Shown: in pieces, positions 62,285-64,000 of the stretch
How the letters are laid out: the number at the start of each line of letters is the position of its first letter
Position numbering within the stretch: position 1 is the stretch's first letter
Origin: Candidatus Bathyarchaeota archaeon
GTDB lineage: Archaea > Thermoproteota > Bathyarchaeia > 40CM-2-53-6
Direction of reading: 5' to 3'
DNA length: 64,000 bases
NCBI GenBank assembly: GCA_005882895.1
Contig: VBBD01000068.1
Span: forward strand, 4,626-68,625
Program-made: the position numbers and the translations under genes
Notes under the pieces: generated by a model
Told to the model about the DNA's origin: nothing
Database searches by the model: none
Seen by the model: the letters and a program-made list of their open reading frames with translations, nothing else

Positions 62285-63475
62285 GTGAAGCTCGACAAAG
62301 TCCCCCTCAGGATGGAATTTCTCAGGAAGAAGCTGAAGTGGATTCAGCAGACGATGAGGGAGCAGGGAATAGACATCTGGATTACATTCACGCGGGAGGG
62401 GAACGAGGATCCACTTGCTCAGGATCTGAGGTTCAGTGATCTGACGTGGAGGTCGGCCGCGATAATTGACCAAGATGGAACGAGGACCGCTGTTGTCGGA
62501 AGCTTGGAGGTCGACACGATCAAGCAGAGTAAGTTCTATGACGAGGTTTTTGGGTACGCAAGCGAGGGCATCGCTCCCAAGCTAAAACAGATCATCGGAA
62601 AGAGGAAACCGAGGAGCATCGCAGTCAACTCAAGTTACGACGAGGGTGCTGCAGATGGTCTAACCAGCGGCATGGAAGCCTACCTCAAGCGGGCGCTGAA
62701 GGGATATTCCAAACGGTTCGTGTTAGGGGAGGACTTGGCTATTACGCTGCGTGCGAGGCTCGTTCCCGAGGAAGTCGAACTAGTAAAGAAGGCGATTGTT
62801 GAGTGCGAAAAGATCTATGATGCAGTTGAGGATGCCATCAGGCCGGGTAAGAGGGATAAGTATGTCCACGAGTTCGCCCACAAACTTGTTGCTGAAAAGG
62901 GTCTATCGACAGCGTGGGCTTATGACCGTTGCCCTTCTGTGAATGTTGCTGGTAATCCGATAGGACATATAGGCTATCACAACACGATTATTAGGAATGG
63001 TGATTTTGTCAAGCTCGACTTCGGGGTCAACTATGAAGGCTACTGCAGTGACATCCAGCGAGTCTATTTCGTTGGGCCTGGAAACCTCCCGAGCTCGGTG
63101 AAGCGAATGTTCGAGACTGCTAGGGCTGCGAACGATGCCGCTCTTGCAGAGCTAAAGCCGGGAACGATAGGATACAAAGTCGATAGTGCCGGGAGAAAGC
63201 TGATCGTCAAGAAAGGCTATCCTGAGTACAAGCATGCCTTGGGCCACGTTTTGGGCAGGAGCACTCATGAGATCGGACCCCTACTCGGTCCCAGGTGGCC
63301 GAACCGTTATGGTAAGCAGGTGGAAAAGCCGGTTCAGAAAGACATGGTCTTCACGATAGAGCCCTCAGTCACAAGCAAGCTTGGAACCTGCAATCTAGAG
63401 CAAGATGTCCTGGTAACGGCGAGCGGCTACCAACAACTATCTAAGCCACAGGAAGACATAATCAGGGTCGGATAA
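62285..63475 (+). CDS. M24 family metallopeptidase (Xaa-Pro peptidase / creatinase fold)
   Basis: Pita-bread metal-ligand segments are present: 'DFVKLDFGVNYEGYCSDIQR', 'LGHVLGRSTHE', 'VFTIEP' and 'NLEQDV'. The start codon is GTG. Confidence 0.85.
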   Translation: MKLDKVPLRMEFLRKKLKWIQQTMREQGIDIWITFTREGNEDPLAQDLRFSDLTWRSAAIIDQDGTRTAVVGSLEVDTIKQSKFYDEVFGYASEGIAPKLKQIIGKRKPRSIAVNSSYDEGAADGLTSGMEAYLKRALKGYSKRFVLGEDLAITLRARLVPEEVELVKKAIVECEKIYDAVEDAIRPGKRDKYVHEFAHKLVAEKGLSTAWAYDRCPSVNVAGNPIGHIGYHNTIIRNGDFVKLDFGVNYEGYCSDIQRVYFVGPGNLPSSVKRMFETARAANDAALAELKPGTIGYKVDSAGRKLIVKKGYPEYKHALGHVLGRSTHEIGPLLGPRWPNRYGKQVEKPVQKDMVFTIEPSVTSKLGTCNLEQDVLVTASGYQQLSKPQEDIIRVG

Positions 63476-63496
63476 CACTTGGAACCGACCAAGACG

Positions 63497-63649
63497 TTGG
63501 AGCAGACAACTCACACTTGTCCAGTCTGCGGCACCACAGGACCCTGCACTCGTTCATCTGGGGAAACGGACGAGTTTAGGTATCACAACTGCCACGTCTG
63601 CGGGTCCACCTGGAAGGAGCAAAAAAGCCCGACTAAAGCAAAATCGTAA
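63497..63649 (+). CDS. small zinc-ribbon protein (50 aa), paralog of 52259..52456
   Basis: This ORF is below the track cutoff. My hand translation from TTG is LEQTTHTCPVCGTTGPCTRSSGETDEFRYHNCHVCGSTWKEQKSPTKAKS. The shared pattern is 'CPVCG..GPC' ... 'HNCHVCGSTWKE'. Confidence 0.5.
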   Translation: MEQTTHTCPVCGTTGPCTRSSGETDEFRYHNCHVCGSTWKEQKSPTKAKS

Positions 63650-63698
63650 ATGAAACGCTAGACTAGCGCTGTGCGGTCCTTCAGTTCTAATTTCCAGG

Positions 63699-63980
63699 CT
63701 AGTTCGGGTCTGCTACGTGTGCGGGGGGATGTTTTCCCTTTGCGTGGAGGAATAGGTGCTTCGCGGAATGGTACGTGTGTCCTGCGGACAGCGAGACCAG
63801 GCTGGTGAAGACCCAGAAGAACGGCACGCCCTGGATAGTAATATTCTTGATCGTGTATTGGTAGATGCCTTGCACTCCAACGCCGCTTTGGGTGATTACA
63901 ATTTCTGGGGGTGTTGTGAGGAAGACAAAGAGGAGATAGAGTGTGCTGAAGAAACCCGCGAGCGACACGAGACTCATCAT
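63699..63980 (-). CDS. hypothetical membrane protein
   Basis: The two hydrophobic helices are 'LVSLAGFFSTLYLLFVFL' and 'VPFFWVFTSLVSLSA'. The gene lies close to the right edge of the window. Confidence 0.45.
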   Translation of the reverse strand: MMSLVSLAGFFSTLYLLFVFLTTPPEIVITQSGVGVQGIYQYTIKNITIQGVPFFWVFTSLVSLSAGHTYHSAKHLFLHAKGKHPPAHVADPN

Positions 63981-64000
63981 GGATTCGACCAGTCTCTCGA

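Noticed and set aside
1-64000. CRISPR arrays, rRNA genes, IS elements, transposases and integrases
   Set aside because: I scanned by eye for regularly spaced 25-40 bp repeats, rRNA-like conserved blocks and DDE or tyrosine-recombinase motifs in the translations, and found none. A computational search (CRISPRCasFinder, barrnap, ISEScan) would be needed for certainty.

Overview
The window is an archaeal chromosomal segment. Evidence for this is RadA, aIF-1A, ribosomal protein L37e, TTTAATA-type TATA boxes about 30 nt upstream of genes, and tRNA genes interrupted by short introns at non-canonical positions. I could not run any search, so every call rests on motifs I read in the supplied translations or in my own hand translations.

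Content: about 85 protein-coding genes, mostly metabolic or housekeeping. These include aldehyde dehydrogenase, an HDAC-like amidohydrolase, ThiL, Tmk, TrpB2, ThrC, PanD, two M20 peptidases and one M24 peptidase, peroxiredoxin and thioredoxin-fold proteins, four GNATs, four SAM methyltransferases, two PadR regulators and several transporters. There are five tRNA genes: Ala-GGC, Val-GAC, Thr-CGU, Phe-GAA and one with an ambiguous anticodon. All five appear to contain introns, and two have three each. There is also one tRNA-Thr 3' fragment. I recognised no rRNA, CRISPR array, transposase or integrase.

Most noteworthy observations:
1. 27.6-30.3 kb: a PD-(D/E)xK-like ORF converges on a permuted 'HPPY' methyltransferase, whose operon also holds wHTH and Zn-ribbon ORFs. 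This is a candidate R-M-like or defence islet.
2. 18.6-20.7 kb: a translationally coupled, split Lon-like protease pair whose Walker A and Walker B motifs are both degenerate.
3. Left edge: radA is followed by a Walker-A-less RecA-fold paralog with a zinc ribbon.
4. About 4242-4412: an array of roughly 13 degenerate ~14-bp units, each containing TTC-N-GAA, directly downstream of tRNA-Ala.
5. 11.4-15.9 kb: a diverged copy of the tRNA-Thr 3' end lies 3.7 kb downstream of the intact gene, inside an unusually long non-coding stretch (about 1.2 kb) that has internal ~100-bp direct repeats.
6. 32.7-37.4 kb: a CYTH / CHAD / Ppx / SixA / CYTH polyphosphate cluster.
7. 38.4-39.0 kb: a DUF59-PqqD (RRE-like) fusion protein.
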